Shown piece by piece: positions 18,274 to 29,306 of a stretch of 64,000 nucleotides of DNA (within the stretch, counting starts at the first letter, position 1; every line of letters begins with the position of its first letter). The notes beneath the pieces are model-generated. The model saw only the letters and a program-made list of their open reading frames with translations. It was not told where the DNA came from and made no database searches. The position numbers and the translations under genes were made by a program. The stretch is from assembly GCF_000328665.1 (NCBI RefSeq), contig NC_019972.1, forward strand, positions 62,001-126,000. Reading direction: 5' to 3'. This DNA comes from Methanomethylovorans hollandica DSM 15978 (lineage in GTDB: Archaea; Halobacteriota; Methanosarcinia; Methanosarcinales; Methanosarcinaceae).

Positions 18274-19242
18274 TTACACTTGAACTCCTTCGATGATCTT
18301 AAGGAATAGCTTCTGCAGATTCATTTCCTCTTCTTCGAACATTGAGATAGTTCCACCTGCGTTCTTTACACTTTTTGCAATCTCGCCGCGTGGCATGTTA
18401 TTTGTGTGTATATGCAACGTGCTATCCTGTGTATTAGTGATCTGCACTCCATCTATACTCCTTATAGCATCAATTGTTGCAGATAACGGTATATCCTGCA
18501 CTTCAAGGAGATAGTTCACTCCTTCCTTTTCCTTTACAATAGCCCGTAGTTCTTCCACAGAGCCTACAGCAAGCAATTTGCCTCTTGCTACTATTGCTAT
18601 TCGGTCACAGATCTCTTCTACTTCCTCCATGGAGTGTGAACTCAAAAAGACAGTAACTCCTTTATTCTGATTTAAATCTTTAATGAGATCTCTCATCATC
18701 TGAGCACCAAGAGGATCAATACCGCTTGTAGGTTCGTCAAGGAACAGGATGGATGGCTCATTGATCAAAGCCTGGGCAAGACCAAATCTCTTCCGCATAC
18801 CTGTGGAAAAACCTCCGATCTTCTGATCAATGGCCTTTTCCAGACCTACAAGGTTCAGCAGGTCAACTATCCTTTTTTCCCTCACCTCAGGTTCAATATC
18901 GTATAACTTGGCATAGAACCTCAGGTTCTGTCTGGCTGTCAGATGGTCGTAAAAACCAGCAGGTTCAGGAAGTACACCTGTAGCTTCACGGATATTGATC
19001 ACTTCCCTTACAATATCAAATCCTGCGACTTTTCCGCTACCTGAAGTTGGTTCAAGTAATCCGATCATCATCTTCATCGTAGTGGTCTTGCCCGCACCAT
19101 TAGGTCCTACAAACCCGAATACTTCACCTTTTCTTACTTCAAGGTTAAGAGCGTTCACAGCAGTACTCTCGTTATGTTTCCCAAACTTCTTTGTAAGGCC
19201 TTTAAGCTCTATTACGTTCTCATTTGCTACCACGTTATCCAT
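18274..19242 (-). CDS. ABC-2 type exporter ATP-binding protein
   Basis: GPNGAGKTT, FSTGM signature, LFLDEPTSG, H-loop SSH. Confidence 0.95.
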   Translation of the reverse strand: MDNVVANENVIELKGLTKKFGKHNESTAVNALNLEVRKGEVFGFVGPNGAGKTTTMKMMIGLLEPTSGSGKVAGFDIVREVINIREATGVLPEPAGFYDHLTARQNLRFYAKLYDIEPEVREKRIVDLLNLVGLEKAIDQKIGGFSTGMRKRFGLAQALINEPSILFLDEPTSGIDPLGAQMMRDLIKDLNQNKGVTVFLSSHSMEEVEEICDRIAIVARGKLLAVGSVEELRAIVKEKEGVNYLLEVQDIPLSATIDAIRSIDGVQITNTQDSTLHIHTNNMPRGEIAKSVKNAGGTISMFEEEEMNLQKLFLKIIEGVQV

Positions 19243-19244
19243 AA

Positions 19245-20453
19245 TTATCTCCTTCCGAATTTTGAAATTACTATTAACAATAAAACAATAGCAGCTGCTA
19301 CTAACCCAATCCCTATAAATCCGCTACTGCTGGATTTTTCAATTGTCACTTCTACAGAACCATCCTTACTCTGGGCCTCATCACTAACTGCTCGCATAAG
19401 CAGCTCTTTCGTTCCCGGACTTGCATCGGCTCTGGCTGTTATTTCGATAGATGTATCCCAGGATTCTCCTGCTTCAAGTTCATCTATAGTGCCAAAACTT
19501 CTGACTTCAGTTGTAAGTCCTGTTACATCCTGTACTTTCAGCTCCACGTTATTGAGTGTTTCATCTCCTGAGTTTCTTAAGGTAACATAGATCTCCTTCG
19601 AGGAACCCGGATTAAGAGCAATGCTACTCGTACTCTGTGATATAGTAAGCATTTCTTCTTCTTCCAGACCATTGTTGATGGTAAGGTCAAGTCCCATTGA
19701 AACACCATTTTTTCCATTTTCCGGTATGGCCTGGATCTCAAAGGGATATATTCCATCAGTTGCATTTTGTGATGGTTTGACCTTTACAATGAACTGCTGT
19801 TCAGAATCAGCAGCAACTGATAATTTTGTCTGTCTGTAATCTTCATCATCTACTTCCTGAAGGAACTGAATGCTCCAGTCTTCCGGCTTTCCGATTGCGT
19901 TTAAGGAAACAGTTACTCGATGGTCATATTTGTTAACAAGAGTTGCAATGTACTCTACGGTATCAGTTGAACGTGTTTCCATACCGGGAGTAGTCGAATA
20001 AAGATCCAGATTTGGCTCAGCGTTGGTATCTACTGTAACAGTAAATTCTCTGGAAATTGTGTCGCCATCATCAGGTTTGAACTCAGCCCATATAGAATAA
20101 GCACCACTTGATGTATTTGAAGGAACATTAACTCTCAATACAATCTCTTCAGGCTCATTGTTATCTTCAGGGAATAATAAATTCGTAATCTGATCATTGT
20201 CCTCATAGAACCCCGCACTCCATCCTTGAGGTATATCTTTTACAACCAGATTGCACCATGCATCGTCACTATCATTATAGCAGCTTTCTACAGTTATGGG
20301 AAATTCAATTGTATCTCCGGGATAGACAACTTTTCCAGTAATCTGGTTAATTACTGCTACTGATGAATAATCTGCATTGACACAAGTAATTGCCATCAGA
20401 ATGAATATCAGAGCAATTCCTGTAATTTTGATGAGAAATTTTGTATTTTTCAT
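19245..20453 (-). CDS. NEW3/COG1470-type Ig-like repeat protein, membrane anchored
   Basis: Signal peptide; repeated PxGWS..V.VP..A..G.Y units; C-terminal TM + KFGRR. Confidence 0.8.
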   Translation of the reverse strand: MKNTKFLIKITGIALIFILMAITCVNADYSSVAVINQITGKVVYPGDTIEFPITVESCYNDSDDAWCNLVVKDIPQGWSAGFYEDNDQITNLLFPEDNNEPEEIVLRVNVPSNTSSGAYSIWAEFKPDDGDTISREFTVTVDTNAEPNLDLYSTTPGMETRSTDTVEYIATLVNKYDHRVTVSLNAIGKPEDWSIQFLQEVDDEDYRQTKLSVAADSEQQFIVKVKPSQNATDGIYPFEIQAIPENGKNGVSMGLDLTINNGLEEEEMLTISQSTSSIALNPGSSKEIYVTLRNSGDETLNNVELKVQDVTGLTTEVRSFGTIDELEAGESWDTSIEITARADASPGTKELLMRAVSDEAQSKDGSVEVTIEKSSSSGFIGIGLVAAAIVLLLIVISKFGRR

Positions 20454-20495
20454 TGCACCACTTTTTACTGAAGGATTTGTAAGATCGCTGTTAAC

Positions 20496-20915
20496 TCAAA
20501 CTGCTATTACTCCCAGAGAAATGTCTGATTCTTCGTGTTCATCAAACAATGTTATATCGAACATGCTCCACAATTGCAAACCGGTTTGAATTTTTTCAGT
20601 GAGATCATTATCTACTGTCACTTGTATTGTGATATCTTTGCTATTTCCCGGAGGGAAATAGAGCTGTAACATTAACCATGCAGATTTTGATTGAGATATC
20701 TCAGAATCAGGATCCATTACGTATACTTCTTTGAATATTGAATTGTTTTTAGGATCCGATATTTCAACCATGACCTGATGAGAAATTGTATCTTTATTTT
20801 TCATTGAAAAAAGAGGTTCTGGCTTTCCAATGAATATAAAGGGCATAGCAATGCAGCTGATAATGATCAGTGCAATTATGACAGCAGCAAAAGAAAGTAT
20901 GTATGATCTTTTCAT
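20496..20915 (-). CDS. hypothetical protein with N-terminal membrane anchor
   Basis: 139-aa ORF in the operon. Confidence 0.65.
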   Translation of the reverse strand: MKRSYILSFAAVIIALIIISCIAMPFIFIGKPEPLFSMKNKDTISHQVMVEISDPKNNSIFKEVYVMDPDSEISQSKSAWLMLQLYFPPGNSKDITIQVTVDNDLTEKIQTGLQLWSMFDITLFDEHEESDISLGVIAV

Positions 20916-20970
20916 AATTTTATCTCTCTGATCTCATTGACATGCTATGTTTGCTCCCTAAACCGTTTTA

Positions 20971-21834
20971 TCATAATGTAATATCCTTCCTCAGAAATGC
21001 TATGAATGATAGAACAAGCAGAACCATCGGAACTACAACTAATATTGTAAGGTCCATCCAGAAGTTAGAAAGCACATATGGAATGGTCTGGCCGACATCA
21101 AAGAGTCCATTGACCAATTGCTGATAATGATACGCTGGTGCTATCCCTAATAACTGTTGAAAGATAACTGATAAATTCCCGTCTGCATCTACGATCTGGA
21201 TACCAAAAACATACAGTATAGCTCTTATGATATCAGAATATGCGATAGTAAAGAACAGCCAGACCACTATGTTATAGATAAGTGAGTCTGACGTGTTCTT
21301 TGCAATTATCGAGATAAATAGTCCGGATCCCAGGAAGATGACAGAGTACAGGTATGCAAGAATGAAATACAGGGCAATTCGTGAGATCTCAAATAATGTT
21401 ATCTCTTCACCGATGAACATGAGCAGGGTTCCAATGGATAATGCCATTGATACTGCAATTACAAGTAATAATGACATCATGGCTCCCAGTATCTTTCCTG
21501 TTATAATGTTATCCCTGTAGACAGGATGAGTTAAAAGCACGTTCATAGAACCTGACTTCTCTTCTCGCAGAAGTGTATCAAAGCTTAAAGCGATGCCAAA
21601 TAGCGGTATGAATTGTGACAAGGTAGAAGTAAAAAAGAACAGACCTCGCAAGATTCCTGGCATAAGGCTGTCCATCATTCCTACAAAATTTGTTGCAATA
21701 ACTCCATACTGATAACAGGAAGCTATGGAGATCAGGCTGAATGATGCTAATAGGATTAAGAATATGGGACTCCAAAGGTTATCTGCAAATTCCTTTTGGG
21801 CTATTGTCATTGCATTTCGGAAAATTACATTCAT
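20971..21834 (-). CDS. ABC-2 (NosY-like) permease
   Basis: IAQKEFAD, FDTLLREEKSGSMNVLLTHPVYRDNIITGK. Confidence 0.9.
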   Translation of the reverse strand: MNVIFRNAMTIAQKEFADNLWSPIFLILLASFSLISIASCYQYGVIATNFVGMMDSLMPGILRGLFFFTSTLSQFIPLFGIALSFDTLLREEKSGSMNVLLTHPVYRDNIITGKILGAMMSLLLVIAVSMALSIGTLLMFIGEEITLFEISRIALYFILAYLYSVIFLGSGLFISIIAKNTSDSLIYNIVVWLFFTIAYSDIIRAILYVFGIQIVDADGNLSVIFQQLLGIAPAYHYQQLVNGLFDVGQTIPYVLSNFWMDLTILVVVPMVLLVLSFIAFLRKDITL

Positions 21835-21837
21835 GCT

Positions 21838-22725
21838 TTATCCCCTCGTTATATCCTGTTTTATAAAGATCAAAAGAGATGATATGATGAGCAAAAAGGG
21901 TGCTACTATAAGTGATACAATATTTGTCCAATAGTCATTCAACCATTGTCCTAATGAGTGACTCATATCGAATAATCCTGCACTGGTCTTTAGATCTTCT
22001 TCATCATACGAGATGCTAATTCCAGCTACTGCCTGGTAATAATGATTTAACGGAGATAGATACTGTAATTTCTGGTCTACTATCTGAGCATGCTCCTCAT
22101 TTTCGCTGTAAAGAACTTCACCTGTCGTAACAGAAGCTATTAATGCAGTTATCTGTCCGAATGCAAGGATAAATACTGCCCATAAAACTATACCAGTGAT
22201 AAATGACTTTGCAGGATTATTAAATATTACTGAGAAAAGCACTCCTAGAGCGAAAAACACTGATATGTAAATGAAAGAAACGAAGGAAAATATCATTATT
22301 CGATTGATCTCTGTCATGCTGACCGGGATCCCTGTCAGTACAAGGGTCACTCCGATTGAAGATATGATCGACAGGATGATCACTAAAGCAAGTGTTAGCA
22401 AACCTCCTGTGACCTTGCCTAGAATAATGTTATCCCGAAATACAGGGTGTGTCAGAAGCGTATTCAAAGAATCAGATACTCTTTCTTTAACGATTGCATC
22501 ATATCCAAGGGCAAGTCCTAAAATGGGCAAGAATGTACCCATTGTATATACAGTAATAAATGAACCCTCTTCGAAGATATTGGATTGGTTTTCTACATCA
22601 CTGATACTACCGGATAAAAGAATCATTATTACTAATGCAAGCAGTACTCGGAATCGTGTGCTGTATACATTATCAGCAAACTCTTTCTGGGCTAATGTTA
22701 ATATGTTCTCAGTATTTAACTTCAT
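21838..22725 (-). CDS. ABC-2 (NosY-like) permease
   Basis: LAQKEFAD, GYDAIVKER..LLTHPVFRDNIILGK. Confidence 0.9.
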   Translation of the reverse strand: MKLNTENILTLAQKEFADNVYSTRFRVLLALVIMILLSGSISDVENQSNIFEEGSFITVYTMGTFLPILGLALGYDAIVKERVSDSLNTLLTHPVFRDNIILGKVTGGLLTLALVIILSIISSIGVTLVLTGIPVSMTEINRIMIFSFVSFIYISVFFALGVLFSVIFNNPAKSFITGIVLWAVFILAFGQITALIASVTTGEVLYSENEEHAQIVDQKLQYLSPLNHYYQAVAGISISYDEEDLKTSAGLFDMSHSLGQWLNDYWTNIVSLIVAPFLLIISSLLIFIKQDITRG

Positions 22726-22960
22726 TCTATTTCCTCATAACTGCATTGCATTTTTGTGCAAACGATCTGTTGATAAAATAAAACAGATAATTTGCTGATA
22801 TGGGTTTAGAGATCATTTTTCTAATATGAGGGATCGATTTTTTTACCAGGCAACTTTCTATTCTACTTTTCATTAAATCCCCCATTTGATATCTTCCACC
22901 TTTACTTAAATCATTTCAATGTGTTTCATTCTAATTCGTTTGCATTTTATTTATCCATTA

Positions 22961-22976
22961 TGGCCATTGAATGAAC
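22961..22976 (-). promoter_or_regulatory. GTTC-N6/7-TGGCCA motif copy 3
   Basis: + strand TGGCCATTGAATGAAC; ATAAATAA follows on the minus strand. Confidence 0.5.
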
Positions 22977-23053
22977 TGTTCTCTAAAAAACAATTGATTT
23001 CAGTCTGCTCAATGCTTTTATGAGATTCATCCAGACTTCTCTAAACTATCTGA

Positions 23054-24727
23054 TCATTTCCTCCGTTTTAGTAAGCATATGCATACAATACAAAAAAATA
23101 GGTCTGTCAGCTGAAATGCAGGCGAATGGGGTGTGTTTTTATTGTTGGCCTCGTCTTTGTTTCCGATGGTTTTTACACTGGCCTGACTGCTATTGTTGGA
23201 CTGGACTTTATTCTCATTGCCAAGTATTTCACTTACAGGCATTTCTTTCCAGCCATCAGTTAAATTCGTACCATCCAATGAAATGAGATAGGAACTACCA
23301 TGTATGGTTTCATCACTTTTGAAATGCGTAGTGGTTGCTGTAAGTATCTTGCTGTCCGGGCTCCATCCTTCTACAAAATCATATCTACCTTTTACAGCCG
23401 GAGTTATTTGAGTGAGGTTAGTTCCATCAGAGTTAATAGTAAAAAGTGGTGCTTCAATGAGTTTTCGAGATTCGATCGAAGGTTCACGATCAATAGTTTT
23501 ACCGTCCTCACTGATCGCAGAAGTAAATGCGATCGTTCTTCCGGATGGACTAATCGATATCTGCTTAAATTCATATACCTCCCAGATGTAATGCGTTGTC
23601 AATCCGATATCTGTAATATGTAGAAGATTTGTTCCATCGAGATCTATAGAATAGAGCTGATTCTCATTTTCAATGAAAAGGATCTTGTTGCCATCAGGAA
23701 ACCATTGCGGATGAGTTGCATTGCCTTCATATAATAGACGTTTTTTGTTATCATTGCCCTCTAATATGTATAGATCTCCATTCTCATTCAATAGCATATC
23801 AGAGCCATTTGGCTGCCAGATACCAAATTGAAGTTGTGTATCACTAAATAACTCAAGATTTGATTGGTCAATTTTCAATGGTTCTGACCCATCAATATTA
23901 GAAAGATAAGATTGATATTCATCTTCATTTTCTGATCTTGAACCGGTGACTATTTTTTTCCGATCAGGGCTTATCGAGGAGAGACTATATTCTTCTCCTT
24001 TATTAGGCGAAGTAAGTGTCCTGATATTATTTCCATTGATGTCTTTGACAATTATGCTTCCATTTTGTAATTGACAAATGACAACTGTTGAATTACACCA
24101 CATAAGTGTATTTGCATTTGTCTGCAGTTCGAATGCTTCAGTTCCATCCAGGTTCTCTATCCAGATATTGCCAAAATAGTTTTCTGAATCTTCATATTTG
24201 AAAGTTAATTTTTGATTATCTGGACTACAAGTAAGGTCCCTGTATACAATTTCTCTACCAAGATGAGATATTACATCAGATAGAGTAGTAGTATCAGAAG
24301 AACCTATTGTTCTCATATTAGTACCATCCGGATTGCAAATTACAGTGTTTCCTCCAAACTCACCACGGCCACCCCTTTTTGATACGGAGAAATATGTTTT
24401 ATTATTGCCTGGAATCCAGCTAATTCCCGGTGACATATAATTGCTTTCTTCTTCGGTTATACCATAGTTGATCTCTCCAAATGTTCGATTTTGGAAATCT
24501 AATAGGTAGTGTTTGTTAATGGATTCCGCCATGGATATCTGATTGAATGACCCAAAAATCAAGTATCTTCCATCTGAACTCCACTCGGGAGAATGTATTA
24601 CGAAGCCATTCTCTGAATGAGTTAAGTTAATCAATTGAAGCGAACTGATATTTCCGGAAACCGGCACTGCTGTTGTTACTCCTACAAATAGGAAGATCAT
24701 TAGAATAATACACCATTTATTGTTCAT
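23054..24727 (-). CDS. secreted TolB/PD40-like beta-propeller with PGF-CTERM-like tail
   Basis: Repeated WSxDG/ISPD motifs; tail SPAF-hydrophobic-KRRK. Confidence 0.8.
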   Translation of the reverse strand: MNNKWCIILMIFLFVGVTTAVPVSGNISSLQLINLTHSENGFVIHSPEWSSDGRYLIFGSFNQISMAESINKHYLLDFQNRTFGEINYGITEEESNYMSPGISWIPGNNKTYFSVSKRGGRGEFGGNTVICNPDGTNMRTIGSSDTTTLSDVISHLGREIVYRDLTCSPDNQKLTFKYEDSENYFGNIWIENLDGTEAFELQTNANTLMWCNSTVVICQLQNGSIIVKDINGNNIRTLTSPNKGEEYSLSSISPDRKKIVTGSRSENEDEYQSYLSNIDGSEPLKIDQSNLELFSDTQLQFGIWQPNGSDMLLNENGDLYILEGNDNKKRLLYEGNATHPQWFPDGNKILFIENENQLYSIDLDGTNLLHITDIGLTTHYIWEVYEFKQISISPSGRTIAFTSAISEDGKTIDREPSIESRKLIEAPLFTINSDGTNLTQITPAVKGRYDFVEGWSPDSKILTATTTHFKSDETIHGSSYLISLDGTNLTDGWKEMPVSEILGNENKVQSNNSSQASVKTIGNKDEANNKNTPHSPAFQLTDLFFCIVCICLLKRRK

Positions 24728-24826
24728 TCTGTCACCGATTATTAAAAATAATAGTTCTGGATAATCCAGAACTGGTCTGGTCAAGCATGATAATATGCAT
24801 ATTTGTCAATTTACATTTCTATCTAC

Positions 24827-26410
24827 TCATCGTTTTTTGATATGCACATATGCCATAGCAACAACAAATACAACAAATCCTAAGATTGCAGAAAAACCAG
24901 GAGCCTGAGAAGCAGCTGTATTATTTACTTTTTGCTCTTGGTTGTTACTGCTGTTGAGTACAGTTACTTGAGATGCTGAATCATTTTTCTGATCCCTGGC
25001 AATTATTCCTGGATTGTTTCCATAGTTCATTTCAAGGATCGTATTATTGATTGCAATGAAATGTTCCTGAGGAGAGACACTAATCATATAAGGATAAATT
25101 GCAGATCTTGGGATCTCCCATATTGTGTTCGTACTCGTATTCAAGATAGATGTTTTGCTATTAGTAGTGAACATAAGATCAACATTGATCCATGAACTTC
25201 CTGTTACATTTGAGAAATCCTGCTTATATGAATCATTAAATATAACTAATTTAGAGGTACTGGTATCTAATACTGATATATAATCATCAGGACCTAAATG
25301 AACTTCGACTACTTCTATACCATCTAACAGGACCTTCTGATTTCCGGTAATTGAAATAGAACAAAGTTTACTCGATCCAATTGAGTCATCGGCCACTAAA
25401 TCGGCCACTAACAGTCTTTCACTGTCAGGATACCAGTTTAATACTGAATATATACCTCTTTTTTGATTTATTTTTTCAGTAGTGTTTGTATTTTTATCCA
25501 TGACGTAAATATCATAACCATTTTCGCTATTTTCATCTGTTTCATTCAAAGTATAGAACACAAGTTTTTGACTGTCTGGACTCCATACTGTATCATACAT
25601 TCCGATATTTTCAACTGAATACATTAAATAGCGTTCTTTTTGATCAATGTCTATATTTACAATATTTTTATACCCTTCCAAAAAAGCGATATTTTTACCA
25701 TTTGGAGACCATTCAAGATGATCAATATTAGAGATGTCATTATCAATATCAAAGGTAAGGTTATTTTCTTTGACAGGATCATAGATAACCAGTTTCCCAG
25801 GAGCAGGTACAGCAAGCATTTCTTCAACAGGAGACCACTTATAATTTAATGGATAGTTATAATTGCGAAGCATCTTGTTATCCATTTCGATTTGTTGAAC
25901 TTGTTGCATTTCAGTTGATACAACGAAAAGCTGAGCTGATTTTACCGTGTACATTTTCCCTTCAGTTAATTCTTCATATGCAAAAAAATCCCCAGATTGA
26001 CTCCAGGAAGGCGATTCAATTATCTTTCCATATTCAGTAGTTGTAAACTCTGTCCATGCAATGCGTGAGATGTTTGAGAAGTCTTTACCTGCAATATAAA
26101 GTGCAGAAATATATCCTGACTGAGTATCTCCTTTTCCTTTTGGACAAACATAAAGCTTTACGTTAATTAATGCATGTTTCTCATCAGGGCTCCAGATGAC
26201 ATTATAATAAGGACCAAATTCAATTTCAAGGCGATCAGTATCAACAAGACCTCTTATATCCTTATCTATTGTCTGATTCAGGTCAGCTATGATCGTCGTA
26301 TTCATTTGTTTGATGCTGGTGCCTGCAGCAAGTGGCTGAAAAGAGATACAGGCTAAAGCAATGAGTAGTATGATTTGAATTGTTTTCATTTTGAACATTT
26401 GAATCACCAT
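24827..26410 (-). CDS. secreted TolB/PD40-like beta-propeller with PGF-CTERM sorting signal
   Basis: WSPD/WSPN repeats; APGFSAILGFVVFVVAMAYVHIKKR. Confidence 0.85.
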   Translation of the reverse strand: MVIQMFKMKTIQIILLIALACISFQPLAAGTSIKQMNTTIIADLNQTIDKDIRGLVDTDRLEIEFGPYYNVIWSPDEKHALINVKLYVCPKGKGDTQSGYISALYIAGKDFSNISRIAWTEFTTTEYGKIIESPSWSQSGDFFAYEELTEGKMYTVKSAQLFVVSTEMQQVQQIEMDNKMLRNYNYPLNYKWSPVEEMLAVPAPGKLVIYDPVKENNLTFDIDNDISNIDHLEWSPNGKNIAFLEGYKNIVNIDIDQKERYLMYSVENIGMYDTVWSPDSQKLVFYTLNETDENSENGYDIYVMDKNTNTTEKINQKRGIYSVLNWYPDSERLLVADLVADDSIGSSKLCSISITGNQKVLLDGIEVVEVHLGPDDYISVLDTSTSKLVIFNDSYKQDFSNVTGSSWINVDLMFTTNSKTSILNTSTNTIWEIPRSAIYPYMISVSPQEHFIAINNTILEMNYGNNPGIIARDQKNDSASQVTVLNSSNNQEQKVNNTAASQAPGFSAILGFVVFVVAMAYVHIKKR

Positions 26411-26426
26411 ATGAGAATATAAAATA

Positions 26427-27329
26427 TCATAGAGTCATGTCTTTTCTTAAAAATGAAATAAAACATAAAACCAATAGTACGATAGGGGTTAGAAGCAAAT
26501 ATAAAATGTTTAGCCAAAATTCATTGAACCACTGACCAAGTAAGAAACCGGTATCAAAAATACCTCTGATATTTGGTTCAATGTTAATCCCTCCCCAGCT
26601 GAGATCGATTTCACCAAGTGATACTTCACTGTAATGGTGAAGTGGAGTAAAAGATATTAGCTTATATGCTGAGTCAGGTATGTCGGTTTGGCCTGTAGAT
26701 GCAGAAGTAATTGAAAGAATTATGGATCCAGACACAATGCAAATCAATAACCATATCAGGATATTATAAACAAGTGAATCTTCTGATTCTTTAGCATGTA
26801 CCGATATGAATATTGCAATTTCTGCAAATATAAGTGCATACAAAAAAGTTAGAACAATAAAGATAAGGATCCTGAGAATTTCCAGATAGCTTATATTTGT
26901 ACCCGTATAAACTAGAATAGTTCCTACAGGAACTATTGTTGAGAAAAAGATAACAGTTAGAAGTGCTCCAATTATCCCAATAATTTTTCCTACGATTATA
27001 TTGTCTCGAAAGACAGGATGGGTTAAAAGTACATTAAAAGATCCTGATTTTCTTTCCTTTATTATTGCGTCGAATCCAAGTGTAATTCCTATAAGAGGCA
27101 CAAACCATCCAATTTGCTGTATAATTCCCATCAAACCAGACATTATAGTTAAGTTTCCTCTGGTTTCAATTAAGTACACACTTCGGAATGAGAAAGCAAG
27201 AATGATTAGAGTGTAAGTTACTATGAACATAAGAAATAAAGGGCTGGATACAAGATCTGCGAACTCTTTATGAGCTATCTGAAATATGTTTTTTAAATTA
27301 ATTTTTTTACTTTGATTGTGTCTGCTCAT
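26427..27329 (-). CDS. ABC-2 (NosY-like) permease
   Basis: IAHKEFAD, GFDAIIKERKSGSFNVLLTHPVFRD. Confidence 0.9.
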   Translation of the reverse strand: MSRHNQSKKINLKNIFQIAHKEFADLVSSPLFLMFIVTYTLIILAFSFRSVYLIETRGNLTIMSGLMGIIQQIGWFVPLIGITLGFDAIIKERKSGSFNVLLTHPVFRDNIIVGKIIGIIGALLTVIFFSTIVPVGTILVYTGTNISYLEILRILIFIVLTFLYALIFAEIAIFISVHAKESEDSLVYNILIWLLICIVSGSIILSITSASTGQTDIPDSAYKLISFTPLHHYSEVSLGEIDLSWGGINIEPNIRGIFDTGFLLGQWFNEFWLNILYLLLTPIVLLVLCFISFLRKDMTL

Positions 27330-27339
27330 GTTTTTTCCC

Positions 27340-28239
27340 TCAATTGGTAATGTCTTGTTTCAAAAAAGATACAAATGACATGATGAAAAGAGTTATAATC
27401 GTTGATATCAGGACTATAATATCAGTAATGTACTCTTTTAACCACTGTCCAATCGTATAATTTGCATCAAATATTCCACGAATACTATCCAGATCATTTT
27501 TCGAAAAACCTCCCCAAGTCATACAAGGGTGTCCGATTACAAGTTCAGAATAATAATGTACAGGAGTTAATTTCTGAAGTTGGGCATTAAGGTCCATAGC
27601 TTGTTCATTATTACCGAGGTCAAGTAGAGATTGGCCTGTGAACATTGTTGAAATGACTAAGGCAAAGCTACCAAATACCACACATAATATCAACCAAATA
27701 CAAATGCCATAACTGAGAGAATTAATAGAATCTTTTGATATTGTTGAAATGAATATTCCTAGCATGAGGAAAACGGATAGATAAAGATAGTTAATTATTG
27801 CAAATAAAAAGATCCTGTTTAATTCCTCGGAGGTTATCTGAACACCAGAAATCAATATCATTGTTCCAATGGATGCTATCATCGAAATGAATACAATTAG
27901 TATAAGAGTTATCATTGCACCTAATACTTTTCCGGCAATAATACTATCTCTATATACTGGTTGCGTTAAAAGTACATTTAGAGATGCATTTCTTTTTTCC
28001 TTAACAATTCGGTCAAAGCCGAGAGTTATTCCAAAAAGAGGTAAAAAAACAGCAATTATTTGAGCTACATCGACAAATCCCATATCAAGAAAATTTGTAT
28101 TTTCAGCATTGTTGTGATAACTGAAAGAAAATAAAATTAACGTAAAAATTGAAAGGAGTAAAAGGAATCTAGTACTCCACAAATCATCAGCAAATTCCTT
28201 TTGTGCTATTACTATACAATTCTTAATATTCAGATTCAT
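27340..28239 (-). CDS. ABC-2 (NosY-like) permease
   Basis: IAQKEFAD, GFDRIVKEKRNASLNVLLTQPVYRD. Confidence 0.9.
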   Translation of the reverse strand: MNLNIKNCIVIAQKEFADDLWSTRFLLLLSIFTLILFSFSYHNNAENTNFLDMGFVDVAQIIAVFLPLFGITLGFDRIVKEKRNASLNVLLTQPVYRDSIIAGKVLGAMITLILIVFISMIASIGTMILISGVQITSEELNRIFLFAIINYLYLSVFLMLGIFISTISKDSINSLSYGICIWLILCVVFGSFALVISTMFTGQSLLDLGNNEQAMDLNAQLQKLTPVHYYSELVIGHPCMTWGGFSKNDLDSIRGIFDANYTIGQWLKEYITDIIVLISTIITLFIMSFVSFLKQDITN

Positions 28240-28385
28240 GTTATTCAGTAGTCCTTATTATTTTATCTGAGTCGTAAATAATTCATAATATTGTACCCTT
28301 GTGTGCTTTTATGGAAGTTTGTTAATAATGATATTTTTAGGGGAATTGTTCTGTTATTTATTTGATCATTATTTTTAAAAAATTA

Positions 28386-28412
28386 AATTAGAGAAGGTTC
28401 TCTTCTCTAATT
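28386..28412 (-). terminator. hairpin after the small secreted protein gene
   Basis: AATTAGAGAAG/CTTCTCTAATT 11-bp stem right after the stop, followed by a T-rich tract. Confidence 0.5.
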
Positions 28413-28413
28413 A

Positions 28414-28824
28414 TCAGTACACAAAGTTTCTTCCAGCTATGAATTGATATGACGATTGTGTTCCTTTTGTAATTTTGATGCGAGGAGGAGTAGAACTTGA
28501 CAATTGATTTGCATAATGATCAACTGTTGGATGTGCAACCCTTGCATCAATATTGGTACTAGTTTTGTATAAATACATGGATCCACCAGCTGTATAAAAA
28601 GTGTTCTGGAGGTCTATGTAACAACTATCACCTGTAGTGACAGTAAATTTATACCAATCCCCTGCACTCTTACAGGTCCCACTCCAAATATCAATATCTC
28701 CATTTGGAACAGATATTGATGTTGCTGTGCTGTACGAGGACCCACCTGATGCTGATGCTGCTCCAGTAGCGACGAGCAGAACAAGCATCATTAGTCCTAA
28801 TTTTACTAAACTGTTTATTTTCAT
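28414..28824 (-). CDS. small secreted beta-sandwich (PPC-like) protein
   Basis: Signal ending ASA; DWYKFTV; two Cys. Confidence 0.7.
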   Translation of the reverse strand: MKINSLVKLGLMMLVLLVATGAASASGGSSYSTATSISVPNGDIDIWSGTCKSAGDWYKFTVTTGDSCYIDLQNTFYTAGGSMYLYKTSTNIDARVAHPTVDHYANQLSSSTPPRIKITKGTQSSYQFIAGRNFVY

Positions 28825-28970
28825 TTTCTACCTCTTGTTCTTTACTCCAGAGGCAGGACAGCAATGATTATACACAAGTAAAACCAATATTGTCTTGCCT
28901 TTGGGCAATCTGGGATCCGAATCGACTCTGAAAGTTTAGTTCGGATCCCTCTCACATTATCTAAATGTGA
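28825..28970 (-). promoter_or_regulatory. conserved structured 5' leader, copy 2
   Basis: Perfect 10-bp stem GGGATCCGAA/TTCGGATCCC 28912-28949; identical 26-mer 28829-28854. Confidence 0.65.
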
Positions 28971-29006
28971 TAAATGATTGTAATCATCGATCTTATTAAA
29001 CTATTA

Positions 29007-29022
29007 TGGCCACTACCCGAAC
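29007..29022 (-). promoter_or_regulatory. GTTC-N6/7-TGGCCA motif copy 4
   Basis: + strand TGGCCACTACCCGAAC; TTTAATAA follows on the minus strand. Confidence 0.5.
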
Positions 29023-29306
29023 GGATAAGAACAGTTTCACTATATCCTTGTTTTTATATTATCTCAATTCGGTTTTATTGAAAAGGAAGTGAAATGAAAA
29101 TAATGATAAAACCATATCATGAGGACAAGTCTACAGAACAAGACTGTTTTTATTGATACAATGTATTGTTTTTTCTTAGAAGGACATCAACATTAGCTTT
29201 AAATATGATTATTTTTTCAGAGTCAGCCGAGATATTATTATTTTTGATTCATTAGATAACAATACTATCTAAACAAAAAAAGTCTATAGGGATTTCGTAC
29301 TACTAA